Both the position numbers and the translations under genes were made by a program. Positions 1 through 10,119 of a stretch of DNA of 64,000 bases are shown here, piece after piece. This DNA is from Candidatus Multivoradales bacterium. Lineage in GTDB: Bacteria; Acidobacteriota; Thermoanaerobaculia; Multivoradales; Multivoraceae. The stretch is from contig CBDCWI010000002.1 of the NCBI GenBank assembly GCA_965223325.1, positions 800,001-864,000 on the forward strand, given 5' to 3'. The notes beneath the pieces were generated by a model. It was not told the origin of the DNA and did no database searches. It was given only the letters and a program-made list of their open reading frames with translations. Within the stretch, counting starts at the first letter, position 1. Each line of letters begins with the position of its first letter.

Positions 1-263
1 GCCAGAAGTTCACCGCCCCCGAACCCATTCAGCCCACCGGCAAACTCGGTCGCGAGGAAGCCATCATGGCGCTGCTCGAGGTGCGCGCGGAGAGCGTACG
101 CTACGTCCTCTCGACCGACGCTCCCCTGGCGGCCCACTCCGCCCCTTCCCCGATCGGGCAGGTTCTCGACGGTCGCGGCTGGCTCGCCCTGCTTGGTGCC
201 CACAACGTACGCCACAATCGACAGCTCGCCGAAGTCATCGAAATCCTGGCGGCGAACGACTGA
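1..263 (+). CDS. DinB/YfiT-like protein, C-terminal part (5' end outside window)
   Basis: Frame is open from nt 3 (QKFTAPEPIQPTGK...). Ends ...LDGRGWLALLGAHNVRHNRQL, with the C-terminal HxxxH of the DinB fold. Confidence 0.65.
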   Translation, partial: QKFTAPEPIQPTGKLGREEAIMALLEVRAESVRYVLSTDAPLAAHSAPSPIGQVLDGRGWLALLGAHNVRHNRQLAEVIEILAAND

Positions 264-306
264 AGTCGCATCGCTCCCGAGACCCCCGCCGGGCGGCCGC
301 ACCTTC

Positions 307-1236
307 TTAGGGAGCGGGGGTCTCGAGCGTCCTCGCTAGTTCGACTTCGGCGGCAATGAAACCGAACGCCGGCCACCACGGCACCGCCACGATGCGTTCG
401 AAGACTTCCCGCGCCCTCTCTGTTTCGCCAGCCAGCTGGAACCAGAGTCCTGCGCCATAGCCCGCCGTCGCCAGGTCGAGATCACCGGTCGCCTCCTCGA
501 CGACTTCTTCGGCGGTCACCTTCCCTTGAAAGACCTGAAGGAGCCGGTGGTACCAGACGTTTTGCAGGACATTCATGTCGGCACTGAAGGAAGCGAGCAG
601 TCGCGAAGCCGCTTCTTCCTGGCCGTCGCGGCGCAGTGACAGGAAGAGCCAGTAGCCGGCCGCGACCCGCGAATCGTCATCGTCTGCAAGTCTGTAGCTC
701 TCTTGATAGGCGTTACCGGCTCCCTCGAAGTCTCCCTGGAGGTAACGCGCCAGGCCCAGGTGGTACCAGATGTCGAAGTCGGAGGCGTCGAGGCTGGCGG
801 CCCGCTCGAGGTCGGTTTCCGCCGTCTCGAACTGACGGAGCGAGATGCGCCGGTGGCCGCGATGACGATAGAGCGGCGCGTAGGCGGGGTACTTCTCGAT
901 TCCGGTATCGAGGTAGCGCAACGCATCGAGGTAGCGCCAGCGCGCAGCGGCGGCGACGGCAAGGCCCACCGCACTCTCGGGGTCGTCAGGATTCTGCTCA
1001 GCGAACTCCACCGCCTGATTGATCGGATCGAGACCAGGGTCCGAAATGTCGAGACCGGGAGGGTGAAGCAAAGCGTGCAGTGGCTTGCCGAGCAGCGATG
1101 TCGCCTGCTTCGGCCCCCGGCCGTCGCCGAGGCCGAACACCGGCAGAGCCACGATCATGAGAGCACCCACTGCCGCGACAACGACAGCGGCAGCTGCACG
1201 ATCCAGGGCGGGGGCTCGACGGACTAAACGACGCAT
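307..1236 (-). CDS. Exported tetratricopeptide-repeat protein
   Basis: N-terminal hydrophobic segment followed by TPR-like helices (LYRHRGHRRISLRQFETAETDL; IWYHLGLARYLQGDFEGA). Start uncertain; ATG 1236 chosen. Confidence 0.75.
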   Translation of the reverse strand: MRRLVRRAPALDRAAAAVVVAAVGALMIVALPVFGLGDGRGPKQATSLLGKPLHALLHPPGLDISDPGLDPINQAVEFAEQNPDDPESAVGLAVAAAARWRYLDALRYLDTGIEKYPAYAPLYRHRGHRRISLRQFETAETDLERAASLDASDFDIWYHLGLARYLQGDFEGAGNAYQESYRLADDDDSRVAAGYWLFLSLRRDGQEEAASRLLASFSADMNVLQNVWYHRLLQVFQGKVTAEEVVEEATGDLDLATAGYGAGLWFQLAGETERAREVFERIVAVPWWPAFGFIAAEVELARTLETPAP

Positions 1237-1355
1237 GATGGGCACTCCTGGCGTGACGGGAAGCGGATGAGTCTCGGGGAAAGTCTGCAACCGACCCAGC
1301 AGGCAACGAAAGGATCGGTCCGGCGGAGGGGGTAGCACAGAGAACAGCAGCCACT

Positions 1356-3404
1356 ATGATGCACGATCTAATGATCTGCCGCACCAAGACTCCGCAGAGG
1401 CGGCTCGAATTCTCTCTCGAAAAGCTCCTGAAGCCTCTCGCCCCATACCGACTTCGCCGCACCGGGTGCTTGGCCCTGGCGGTCGTCACAGCGACCCTTT
1501 CCCCAATGAGCCACAGCACAGCGCAGCCGTCTTCCCCCTTCGAGGAGCCGCTCTCCTACGTGGTGGACCTGACCGCCGCTCATACGCAGGAAATCGAAAT
1601 CTCGCTGACCGTGCCCGGTGTCGAAGGAAACGACACCCTCGAGCTGGCGATGCCGGTCTGGCGACCGGGCCGCTACGTCGTCCTCGACCCGGCGGGTTCG
1701 GTCCGCGCCTTCACCGCGCAAGGACCCGACGGTCGCCCGCTGCGGGTTGAGAAGATCGACAAGTCGACCTGGCGGGTGACCACCGACGGCGCCCAGAGCG
1801 TCACCGCGAGATACCGCCTCTACGCCAACTCGCTCGGTGATCGCACCCGGCATGCCGACGGCAGCCACGCATTTCTGTCAGGAGCGACGGTTTTCGTCTA
1901 CCCGAAGGGGCAGCGCAACCGCCCTCTGACCGTACGCATCGAGGCAGCCAGCGACTGGCAGATCTCGAGCGGGCTCGAAACGTCTCCTTTCGACCCACGG
2001 ACGCTGGTCGCTCCCACCTATGACGTGCTCGCCGACTCGCCGATCGAAGTCGGCGAGCAGGAACGCCTCGACTTTGAAGTAGGGGGCGTCCCCCACGACA
2101 TCGTCATCTGGCCCACCGGCCGGCTCTACGACGGCGAACGCCTCGCGCGTGACTGGCAGAAGATCGTCGCCTACCAGGCCGACCTGTTCGGTGACATGCC
2201 CTACCAACGCTACGTCTTCCTAACCCACGTCGGCGCCGGCGCCGGCGGTGGCACCGAACACCTCAACTCGACCATCATGCAGGTCGGCCGCGAGGTCATG
2301 GAGGCCAGCCTCGACGACGGTGTGTCAGAGGACTATCAACGCCTGCTCGGCCTCGTCTCGCACGAGATGTTCCACACCTGGAACGTCAAACAGCTCCGCC
2401 CGTCTGAGATGGCGCCCTACGACTGGCAGCAGGAGAACTACTCGACGCTCTTCTGGGTCGCCGAGGGCACCACCAGCTACTACGACGACGTAACTCTCGT
2501 GCGCACCGAGCTGATCGACCTCGAGAAGTACTTCGAAGTCATCGGCGACACGATTGATGGCCTACGCAAGCGCCCTGGTGCGCGCGTGCAGAGCCTGGCC
2601 GACTCGTCCTATGACGCCTGGGTGAAGTTCAACCGTCGTACCCCCAACGACATCAACACCACGGTCTCCTTCTACCGCAAAGGCGCCATGGTGAGCTTGT
2701 TGATCGACCTCGAACTACGCCGTCTGTCAGACGATGCGAAGAGTCTCGACGACGTCATGCGAGCTCTCTATCGGGGCTTCCCGCTCGCCGACGGCGGCTT
2801 CAGCGAGTCCGACCTGATTGCCGCCCTCGAGAAGACAGCCACCTCGGAGTGGCAAGACTTCTTCGCGCGCTACGTCCACGGCACCGAAGAACTTCCGCTC
2901 GAAGAGGCGCTAGAACGCGTGGGGCTCGAGCTGGCCCTGACTGCCGACGAGCCGCCCACGAGAGACGGTGATCCCGGCAACGCCAAAACTGCGCAAGGCA
3001 CGGACTCTGGAGAAACCACCTCTCAGGGAGCCCTTCCCGAGCGCGCGCGCCTCGGCGCCCGCCTTCGGGACTCCAACGGCAAGACGACGGTCACCGCAGT
3101 GCTCTCCGATGGCCCCGCATTTGCAGCCGGCCTGCATGCCGGCGACGAGATCATCGCCCTCTCCGGCCAGCGATTGACTGCCAGCACCCTAGACGATCGC
3201 TTGGAGCGTTTCGCACCCGGCGACCAGGTAACGATTCACTTTCTTCGTCACGACGACCTTCACACCGTTGAGCTCGAGCTCGGTGCTGAACCGGCGGGTA
3301 GCTGGACGGTGAAACCGCTAGACGAGCCGAGCGCCGCCCAGAAGCGATCCTTCGAGGCCTGGCTCGAACAGCCCTGGCCAGCCGACCAGGAGGCCAGCGA
3401 GTAG
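1356..3404 (+). CDS. M61 family glycyl aminopeptidase with C-terminal PDZ domain
   Basis: MPVWRPGRY N-terminal motif, GGTEH, HEMFH zincin motif, WVAEGTTSYY, and PDZ (GPAFAAGLHAGDEIIA). True start may be downstream. Confidence 0.9.
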   Translation: MMHDLMICRTKTPQRRLEFSLEKLLKPLAPYRLRRTGCLALAVVTATLSPMSHSTAQPSSPFEEPLSYVVDLTAAHTQEIEISLTVPGVEGNDTLELAMPVWRPGRYVVLDPAGSVRAFTAQGPDGRPLRVEKIDKSTWRVTTDGAQSVTARYRLYANSLGDRTRHADGSHAFLSGATVFVYPKGQRNRPLTVRIEAASDWQISSGLETSPFDPRTLVAPTYDVLADSPIEVGEQERLDFEVGGVPHDIVIWPTGRLYDGERLARDWQKIVAYQADLFGDMPYQRYVFLTHVGAGAGGGTEHLNSTIMQVGREVMEASLDDGVSEDYQRLLGLVSHEMFHTWNVKQLRPSEMAPYDWQQENYSTLFWVAEGTTSYYDDVTLVRTELIDLEKYFEVIGDTIDGLRKRPGARVQSLADSSYDAWVKFNRRTPNDINTTVSFYRKGAMVSLLIDLELRRLSDDAKSLDDVMRALYRGFPLADGGFSESDLIAALEKTATSEWQDFFARYVHGTEELPLEEALERVGLELALTADEPPTRDGDPGNAKTAQGTDSGETTSQGALPERARLGARLRDSNGKTTVTAVLSDGPAFAAGLHAGDEIIALSGQRLTASTLDDRLERFAPGDQVTIHFLRHDDLHTVELELGAEPAGSWTVKPLDEPSAAQKRSFEAWLEQPWPADQEASE

Positions 3405-3431
3405 CTGGCAGGCTCGCGCGCCGGCAGGACC

Positions 3432-4907
3432 CTAGGCGCGCGGCCGCGCGAAGTACAAAACGCGCCCGCCCGACTCCTGGGCCTGTTCGCGGACAATGTC
3501 GAAGCGGCGACGCAAGCAGCGCTCGAAGAAGTCCTGCTCGTAGTCGGCGAAGTGATCGTCTCGGTTGATCAGCAACCGCTTGACCATCGAGTCGGAGCGC
3601 GTCGGGAACTCGATGACCACCGCAGCGCCGTAGGACGCCAGCCAATCAATGAACTCGACCATCGGCACATTGCGCCCGATGACGATGTGGTGTACCAGGG
3701 CAAGCGCCAGAATCAGGTCAGGCGATTCGCGCTCGAGCAGCGCGCTTCGCTCACGTCCCCGCCAACCGCGGGCAGGCGATGGATCGACCAGATCGTTGAC
3801 CAGCGGCAGGATCTTCGCCGCTTCGCCCTCGCCCTCGCCGCCGGCCTGGCCCCTCAGCACGTTGTAGAGCCGATCGATGGCCAGCGGGTCGATGTCCATC
3901 GCCACAGCCCGCTCGGCATGGCGCGCCGCGATGCGGGTGAAGCGGCCGGTGTTCGCCCCCAGATCCCAGACCACGGGCCAGCGCTGGCTTCTGGCAGCGT
4001 CTTCGACAAACTGCTCCTTAGCGCGATGATCGGCGCTCGAGTAGTTGTGACCGCTGCCGTCGGCGGCGTCGTAGTCGCCCCACTCGGTGCCGGCAGACTT
4101 CCACTCCAACGCCGCGATGAGCTTTCTCAGTCCGCGCGCGTTGTTGACGATCAGGTCGCGCGAGAAACCCAGCTCACGCGCCTCGCGGCGCACCGCCTGC
4201 GGTTTTGAAGCGGTCATCGAAGTGAGCTTCGCCTGGAGGTAGACGTGAGTGAACACCCCCTTCTTCAAACGCTCTAAACCGCCAAACAGCGCACTCATCT
4301 CGGCCGGCGGAATGCCGTCGAGGGACGCGCGCAGCCAGGGTTGGAAGGGAATGTCTTTGTATGCCGTGAGCATCAACGGATAGAGGTACTGCTGGCAAAA
4401 CTGTTGGTAGCCCACCCAAGGCTCGCCCGCCTCGAGCCGCGCGAAGGACGGCAGGTCAATGAACACCGGACGAGTGCCGATCCACTGAATGTTGTAGGCC
4501 GAGGAGTCCTTGAGTACGAAACCTTCGCCGAGTGCCCCCGTCAACAAGTCGAGCTGCAGGAGAGCCGCATCGCGCAGCATGCTGAACGACCATTCGTTGG
4601 GATAGGAAACCAACGGCACCCGCTGGTGCTCGAGGATTCCCGCCCACTCGAGGGCCTCGTATTCATCGCGCGGAGCGAAGTCTTGCCCCACCTCGTCGGT
4701 CACTTCGCGGGTCTCGACCACCTGGCCATCGGCCATCGCTTGCTTGATGAAGTCGGTTTGTGTGAGCGCCCGCCATTCGGCGAGGGCCCTGGCGCTCAAC
4801 GCCCGATAGACACCACCGTCGCGATAGAAGACGCGCGCTTCGCGGTCCCTCCAGGAAGCGGCCTCGGCTTCGAGACCGGCCGAGGAGTCAGCCAGGGCTT
4901 TCGTCAT
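3432..4907 (-). CDS. NoeA-like class I SAM-dependent methyltransferase with N-terminal kinase-like region
   Basis: SWRDREARVF, SYPNEWSFSMLRDAA, LKDSSAYNIQW and VFID motifs. C-terminal SAM motif VWDLGANTG and ALALVHH. Confidence 0.8.
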   Translation of the reverse strand: MTKALADSSAGLEAEAASWRDREARVFYRDGGVYRALSARALAEWRALTQTDFIKQAMADGQVVETREVTDEVGQDFAPRDEYEALEWAGILEHQRVPLVSYPNEWSFSMLRDAALLQLDLLTGALGEGFVLKDSSAYNIQWIGTRPVFIDLPSFARLEAGEPWVGYQQFCQQYLYPLMLTAYKDIPFQPWLRASLDGIPPAEMSALFGGLERLKKGVFTHVYLQAKLTSMTASKPQAVRREARELGFSRDLIVNNARGLRKLIAALEWKSAGTEWGDYDAADGSGHNYSSADHRAKEQFVEDAARSQRWPVVWDLGANTGRFTRIAARHAERAVAMDIDPLAIDRLYNVLRGQAGGEGEGEAAKILPLVNDLVDPSPARGWRGRERSALLERESPDLILALALVHHIVIGRNVPMVEFIDWLASYGAAVVIEFPTRSDSMVKRLLINRDDHFADYEQDFFERCLRRRFDIVREQAQESGGRVLYFARPRA

Positions 4908-5154
4908 CCTTGGCCTCGGACGAACCGAAAAAGCCGGTCAGGCGACGCCAGTAGAGCTTCATCAACATCACCGCGCCCGCGACCCCACCAACGATCATCT
5001 GCAAGAGGATGCTGCCGGTGGCCGGATCGAGATAAAGCGCCTGGGCCGTAGCGGGCGCTCCTAGCGAGAAGACCAGGAGGGCCAACAGGATCCAAGAGCG
5101 GCGGGCTGACGATGACCTGATGGACGTCGTCGGGGAGAAGAGGCGTTGCTTCAT
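4888..5154 (-). CDS. Small exported membrane peptide with YLDPxTGS motif (88 aa)
   Basis: Signal peptide ending ATAQA, then LYLDPATGSILLQMIVGGVAGAVMLMKLYWRR. Its 3' end overlaps the start of the methyltransferase gene. Confidence 0.75.
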   Translation of the reverse strand: MKQRLFSPTTSIRSSSARRSWILLALLVFSLGAPATAQALYLDPATGSILLQMIVGGVAGAVMLMKLYWRRLTGFFGSSEAKDDESPG

Positions 5155-5324
5155 CGAATCATGCGCGCGGCAACGCCGCGCCTCCTGGCAGCTGACCGGG
5201 CGAGCGCCCCGGCAGGGAGTGAGAAGAGTCGACACAGACTATCAAGGGAACCGCCCATCGAGGGACCCAGCGGCGGCCGGAGCGAGCACAACTGGCCCAG
5301 TCATGATCGATGTAGGCTGGCGAC

Positions 5325-7016
5325 ATGCCAAAAAGACTCCTCCGCTCACATCCAGTCTTCGACCAGGTCGCCACACTCGTCGCCCTCGCCCTCCTCTTCT
5401 CGTTCCTGCAGCTCGGCTGCCGCGAGAAGACCGAAGAGCCTCTACCGGTCCTGGTCGAGGTACCGCCACCGGAGGGCACGCCGCGCCTGGTCCTGTGGCT
5501 GGTGGTCGACCAGGTGCGAGGGGACTACTTCGACCGCTTCGGCCCGGTTCTCGAGGGCGGGCTGGCGCGACTGGCAGCAGAGGGTGCCCATTTCATCGAC
5601 GCGCATCACTACCACTCTGCAACCGTCACCGGTGCCGGCCACGCGACGTTGTCGACCGGCGCGCTACCGCGCAACCACGGCGTCGTGGGCAACGGTTGGT
5701 GGGACCGCAGCAGCAGGAAAGAGTGGTACACGGTCGAGGACGAGGAGTTCGGCCGCGCCCCCACCACGCTCGAAAGCTCGACCCTGGGTGACTTCTTGAA
5801 AGCAAAATACCCGAGCTCCAAGGTCTTCGGCATCGGCGGCAAGGACCGCTCGGCCATCCTCTCGGGCGGCCGCGAGGCCGACGGTGCGTGGTGGTACGAC
5901 AGCCGGACGGGTGGCTATCAGACCAGCGAGTACTACCCGGTCCAGAAACCGCAATGGCTCGAGGAGTTCCACGATCGCCACCTCGCCGATCAATGGTTCA
6001 GCAAGCCCTGGACGCCCCTCTTGTCGATCGAAGAGCTCGCGGATCGCGGCATCGGCGGGATCGAAGCCGTCGATCGCGGCCCCTTCACCACGACCTTTCC
6101 GCACGTCCTCGGTGGCCTCGACATGCAGCCCGAACGCAGCTACTACGCGGGGGTCTACGGCTCACCGTTCATCGATGAGTTGACCATCGAGCTCGCCAAA
6201 GCGCTCATCGAAGGTGAGAATCTCGGCGGCGACGAATACCCCGACATCCTCGCCGTCACGCTTTCGGCAACCGACGCGGTGGGCCACCGCTACGGTCCCG
6301 ACAGCCCCGAGTTGGTCGACTCCTTCATGCGCACCGACCGAGCAATCGGCGGATTGCTCGCTTATGTCGACCGGGTCGTGGGACTCGATCAGACCATCGT
6401 CATGATGAGCTCTGATCACGGCGTCGGGCGGATTCCAGAGCTGGTGGCCAAAGAAGGAGGCGACGGCAAGCGCGCCGGCACCGCCGAGATCACTTGCTTC
6501 CAGCAGGTCGGAAAACAGCTCGAGGAGCGCTTTGGGCCCGAGGACTGGTTCCCATTCGGCCTTTACCTGGATCGTGACCTGGTTGCCGAGAAGGGCCTCG
6601 ACCTGGGCGAAGTCAGAGCGTTCGCCGCCGCTCTCCTCGAACGCTGTCCGCGCATCGACCGCGTGCTGCTCTCTTCGGAGCTGCAGCAGGAGTCCTCACC
6701 CGACCCGATCGTGCAGCTCTTCCAGAACAGCTACCACCGCGAGCGCAGCGCCGACCTTTCGATCGTCGCCGCACGCGACACGTTGTTTACTTCTTCGGTG
6801 GCTGCTAGTCACGGTTCACCGTGGGAGTACGACACCCACGTGCCGATCATCCTTCGTGCCCCTGGTATTCGATCGGGACGCATTGCCGATCGCGTCCACA
6901 CCATCGATGTCGCGCCAACGGTCGCTTCGATGTTGGGCCTCGACGCTGCCATCAAGATGGACGGCAAAGACCGCACGGAGCTCCTGGGCATCGCCCCAAC
7001 GGTCGCCGAAGAGTGA
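5325..7016 (+). CDS. Alkaline phosphatase/phosphodiesterase family protein (PafA/PhoK-like), probable lipoprotein
   Basis: VVDQVR, TVTGAGHATLSTG (Thr nucleophile), KDRSAI, DAVGHRYGP, SSDHG, HGSPWEYD. Lipobox-like LQLGC. Confidence 0.88.
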   Translation: MPKRLLRSHPVFDQVATLVALALLFSFLQLGCREKTEEPLPVLVEVPPPEGTPRLVLWLVVDQVRGDYFDRFGPVLEGGLARLAAEGAHFIDAHHYHSATVTGAGHATLSTGALPRNHGVVGNGWWDRSSRKEWYTVEDEEFGRAPTTLESSTLGDFLKAKYPSSKVFGIGGKDRSAILSGGREADGAWWYDSRTGGYQTSEYYPVQKPQWLEEFHDRHLADQWFSKPWTPLLSIEELADRGIGGIEAVDRGPFTTTFPHVLGGLDMQPERSYYAGVYGSPFIDELTIELAKALIEGENLGGDEYPDILAVTLSATDAVGHRYGPDSPELVDSFMRTDRAIGGLLAYVDRVVGLDQTIVMMSSDHGVGRIPELVAKEGGDGKRAGTAEITCFQQVGKQLEERFGPEDWFPFGLYLDRDLVAEKGLDLGEVRAFAAALLERCPRIDRVLLSSELQQESSPDPIVQLFQNSYHRERSADLSIVAARDTLFTSSVAASHGSPWEYDTHVPIILRAPGIRSGRIADRVHTIDVAPTVASMLGLDAAIKMDGKDRTELLGIAPTVAEE

Positions 7017-7066
7017 GTCCGGCAAGGCTCTGGGCAAGGGCTCTGGGCCGTGGCGAGGGGTGACGC

Positions 7067-9910
7067 TCAGGGGTAATAGCCGGCCGGTGCCGTCACCCGC
7101 ACACCGTCCCGCAGAACGCGCAGCGTGACCGGGCGGAAGCCCTCGTCCTCGCCGACGGTGACCTGCCAGGTGACCAGGTAGCGCGAGCGTAGTTCGGCAA
7201 TGATCTCACCGTAGACGCCATCAAGCTCGGCTACGTCTTTGACAAACCAGCTCCGGCCACCGGTCTCGCGCGCCAGCTGTTCGATCAAGGACGCCGCCTG
7301 GGGACTGCGTTTGAGCCCCTTCAGACCAATCGGAAAGATGGTCACTCCGGAGCGCCGCGCAAACTCGAGCGTCTCTTCCCAGGTGGTCTGGCTATCGACA
7401 TCTTTACCGTCGGTGAGGAGCAAGAGCGCACGCTGGCCGCGCATGCCGCGGAACTGGTAGAGGGCGTAGAGCACCGCGTCGTAGAAGGCGGTGCCCTGCC
7501 CCGCCGACAGATAGCGCAGGCCCTTTCGCATCTCCTCGAGGTCGCTGGTGAAGTCGACCCGCAGTTGCGGTCGCTCATGAAACGTCACCACCGACACCCG
7601 GTCCTTTGGGCGCACCGCGTCTTCGAAAAACTTGAGCGCCACGGTGCGCATCTCGTCGAGTCGATCCTGCATCGAGCCCGACGTGTCGAGCAGTACCGAA
7701 AGATGGAGCGGTAGGTCTTCTGTCTGCTCGAGGCGTAGCGGCTCGTGAGTCTCGGCGGCGTCCTGGATGGTGATCTCATGACGGCTCAGATCTCGGACCG
7801 GGCGGCCACCCGACTCGGCACGCAGCGCCATCTCGACGAGATGAATGCGCAAGCGCTCGGTCTCGCCGGGGACGTTGACCAGCACCGCATCTTCAGTGAG
7901 GTTGCCGTCATCGAGATAGGCCACCACGCGCAGCAGGGTGGCTTCGTTGCCGAGCGTCAGGCGGTGTTCGAAGGGCTCCTGGTAGAGCGTCGCCAGGAGA
8001 GAATCGTCGCGATAGATCTCGACCCGGTCGAGGGTTGGTTCGCCGTTCTCCGGGTCGTCTCCACTCGCACGGCTCTCGCCACCCCGCGTGGGACCCTCGG
8101 GCACCGCGACAAGTGCGCGCAGGTTGAGCGCCCCGCTCACCGTCATCCCTGACTCGGGTTCGATCACCCGCACCGAAAAGCGACGCTTACCCTGGTTGAC
8201 TTCGAGTCGATCGCGCGCGATCTCAGCGCCACTCTGGTCGTAGGCCACCGCTTCGACCACATGCGGTCGCGGCACCGCGCCAAGCGCCAGCTCGACGCTC
8301 CAGGGCGCCCGCGAGCGCCTTAGGGTCTCCGCTCCGTCGAGCTCGAAGCCGACCTTCGCCACTTGCCCCTCACCCTCGCCGCCGACCTCGGCAGTGAAGC
8401 GTTGGTAGCCGGTCAGCACTTCGGCGGTTGGACGCTCGAGGGTGATGCGAACGCCGCCGGCCACGAGGTCGGCGCGCGCCTTTTCGACATCTTTGATCTC
8501 GGCGCTGGTGATTTCCTCTTCGGCTTCACGCCGCGGCACGTCGAGGTCACGCTCGACCCGCATCTGGCGCCCACTGGTCACGTCTTTGAGCCGCACCCGC
8601 AGGGAATACTGCCCGGGCCGCAAGTAGCGCCGGAAAACGAGGGGTAGCTGGAACTCGGCGGTGTCGCCAGGTATCTCGGTGGTCGGAATCTCGAAGCGAT
8701 AGCGAAAATCCTCATGTTGGACCAGCTCGCCATCGCCAGCCGGGCTCTGGCGAAGCACCTGGCCGTTGACTTCGAAGCGGTAGGCAATCTCGGGCTGTTC
8801 GACCTCGGACGCTTCCGCTATGGGAACCATGAAGGTGCCCTCGACGATCGTCTGGCTCAAACGCCGGCCAGGAAAGCTGAACTCGAGCTCGGCGGGCAGC
8901 GGCTCGCCTGTCCCTCTAAGGTCAGTCGACCGGCTCTCCCAGTCGTCGAGCCACTCCTTCTGGTTCTCACCTCGGCGCACATCCGGTGACGCGGCGGTCA
9001 TCAGCTCGGTAGCGAATGGCTTGACCCGTTGCTGGGCTACTGCCTCCAGCAGGAGGTGCGCGAAGTCGACCTCGCCGCGACACGAGTTCATCATCATCTC
9101 GAAGAGACCAAAGAGGCGCTCGGGGGTGGGGCTCACGTCGTCGATGTCACTGAGGCCGAAAGCCGTTGCCTGCCCTGGCCGGCCCTGCGGCACTTCTCCC
9201 GGAAAGGTGCCCAGACCTGGACTGTCAGGCCCACCGGGTAACCCCGGGCGAGACGGTCCTCCGACAGGGGTGCCCCCCGGCCGGCCCTCCCGGCCGCCCT
9301 CGAGCCACCGACGCACCGCCTCGAGCCGCTCCAGGTCGCTGAGCGGCAGGATCTGAAGAGGGTTCTCAGCCAGCCATTGCGGATCATCGAGAGCTGTCCA
9401 CAGGCGATAGCGGCCGGTGCGACCGGTATCGACGAAGACCGCAACCACCCGACCGAATCGATCGGCATCCGGCCACACCCACACCTCGACTGGCCATAGA
9501 AGCGAAAAGCACGGGTCTTCCCTCTTGCTCGCTGGATCACCCTGGTTGAGATAGGCCACCGCCCGCGGCTCGAGGAGAATCGGGTCATCCCAACGCTCAC
9601 GCGCTTCTTCCCAGCGCGCCAGCCAGAGCTCACGAAACTCGTTACGGCTGGTGCCCGGGCTGGGATCGAGTGACTTCCAGAAGGCCACGATGAACTCGTC
9701 GCGTTCGAAGTCCTCGTCAAGCTTGTTCCAGGCGCGTTTCGTCTTCTTGTCGAAGAGCGGGTCCGCGATTTCGAGAAACTCCTCGAAACGCGGCGCGAGC
9801 TTGCCAGCTTCCTGGGCCTGGAGAGGGGCGCTGGTTGTGGCCATGGACACCGCACACCAGGCTGCAACGGTCGCGGCAAGTGTTGTTCCGATCAAGGAGC
9901 GTCGCGGCAT
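7067..9910 (-). CDS. GWxTD-like domain + Ig-like + VWA domain exported protein
   Basis: FWKSLDPSPGTSRNEF N-terminal motif of the GWxTD domain. VWA MIDAS LLDTSGSM, LLTDG and LARETGG. Signal peptide after ATG 9910. Confidence 0.82.
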   Translation of the reverse strand: MPRRSLIGTTLAATVAAWCAVSMATTSAPLQAQEAGKLAPRFEEFLEIADPLFDKKTKRAWNKLDEDFERDEFIVAFWKSLDPSPGTSRNEFRELWLARWEEARERWDDPILLEPRAVAYLNQGDPASKREDPCFSLLWPVEVWVWPDADRFGRVVAVFVDTGRTGRYRLWTALDDPQWLAENPLQILPLSDLERLEAVRRWLEGGREGRPGGTPVGGPSRPGLPGGPDSPGLGTFPGEVPQGRPGQATAFGLSDIDDVSPTPERLFGLFEMMMNSCRGEVDFAHLLLEAVAQQRVKPFATELMTAASPDVRRGENQKEWLDDWESRSTDLRGTGEPLPAELEFSFPGRRLSQTIVEGTFMVPIAEASEVEQPEIAYRFEVNGQVLRQSPAGDGELVQHEDFRYRFEIPTTEIPGDTAEFQLPLVFRRYLRPGQYSLRVRLKDVTSGRQMRVERDLDVPRREAEEEITSAEIKDVEKARADLVAGGVRITLERPTAEVLTGYQRFTAEVGGEGEGQVAKVGFELDGAETLRRSRAPWSVELALGAVPRPHVVEAVAYDQSGAEIARDRLEVNQGKRRFSVRVIEPESGMTVSGALNLRALVAVPEGPTRGGESRASGDDPENGEPTLDRVEIYRDDSLLATLYQEPFEHRLTLGNEATLLRVVAYLDDGNLTEDAVLVNVPGETERLRIHLVEMALRAESGGRPVRDLSRHEITIQDAAETHEPLRLEQTEDLPLHLSVLLDTSGSMQDRLDEMRTVALKFFEDAVRPKDRVSVVTFHERPQLRVDFTSDLEEMRKGLRYLSAGQGTAFYDAVLYALYQFRGMRGQRALLLLTDGKDVDSQTTWEETLEFARRSGVTIFPIGLKGLKRSPQAASLIEQLARETGGRSWFVKDVAELDGVYGEIIAELRSRYLVTWQVTVGEDEGFRPVTLRVLRDGVRVTAPAGYYP

Positions 9911-10119
9911 CTTGGGCCCTCTTTTCGTACCGTTTTCGCAAAGGCGAAAGGTTGAAACTGAGCTGGTCGTCTTTCGAACTGGAGAGTCTGCGTCCTGGAA
10001 CCACCGAATCCTGCCGGAGATTCCCATGCGGAGTCTCATTGCACGCTCGAAAGATGCTAGCCGGTCAATCCTTCCACCGACGGAAGACGAGCCGTAGCGT
10101 GGCGCGGCAGAACCACCTC

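Noticed and set aside
7020-7048. Short duplicated GGCAAGG(G)CTCTG between convergent genes
   Set aside because: Only two imperfect copies; likely local slippage.
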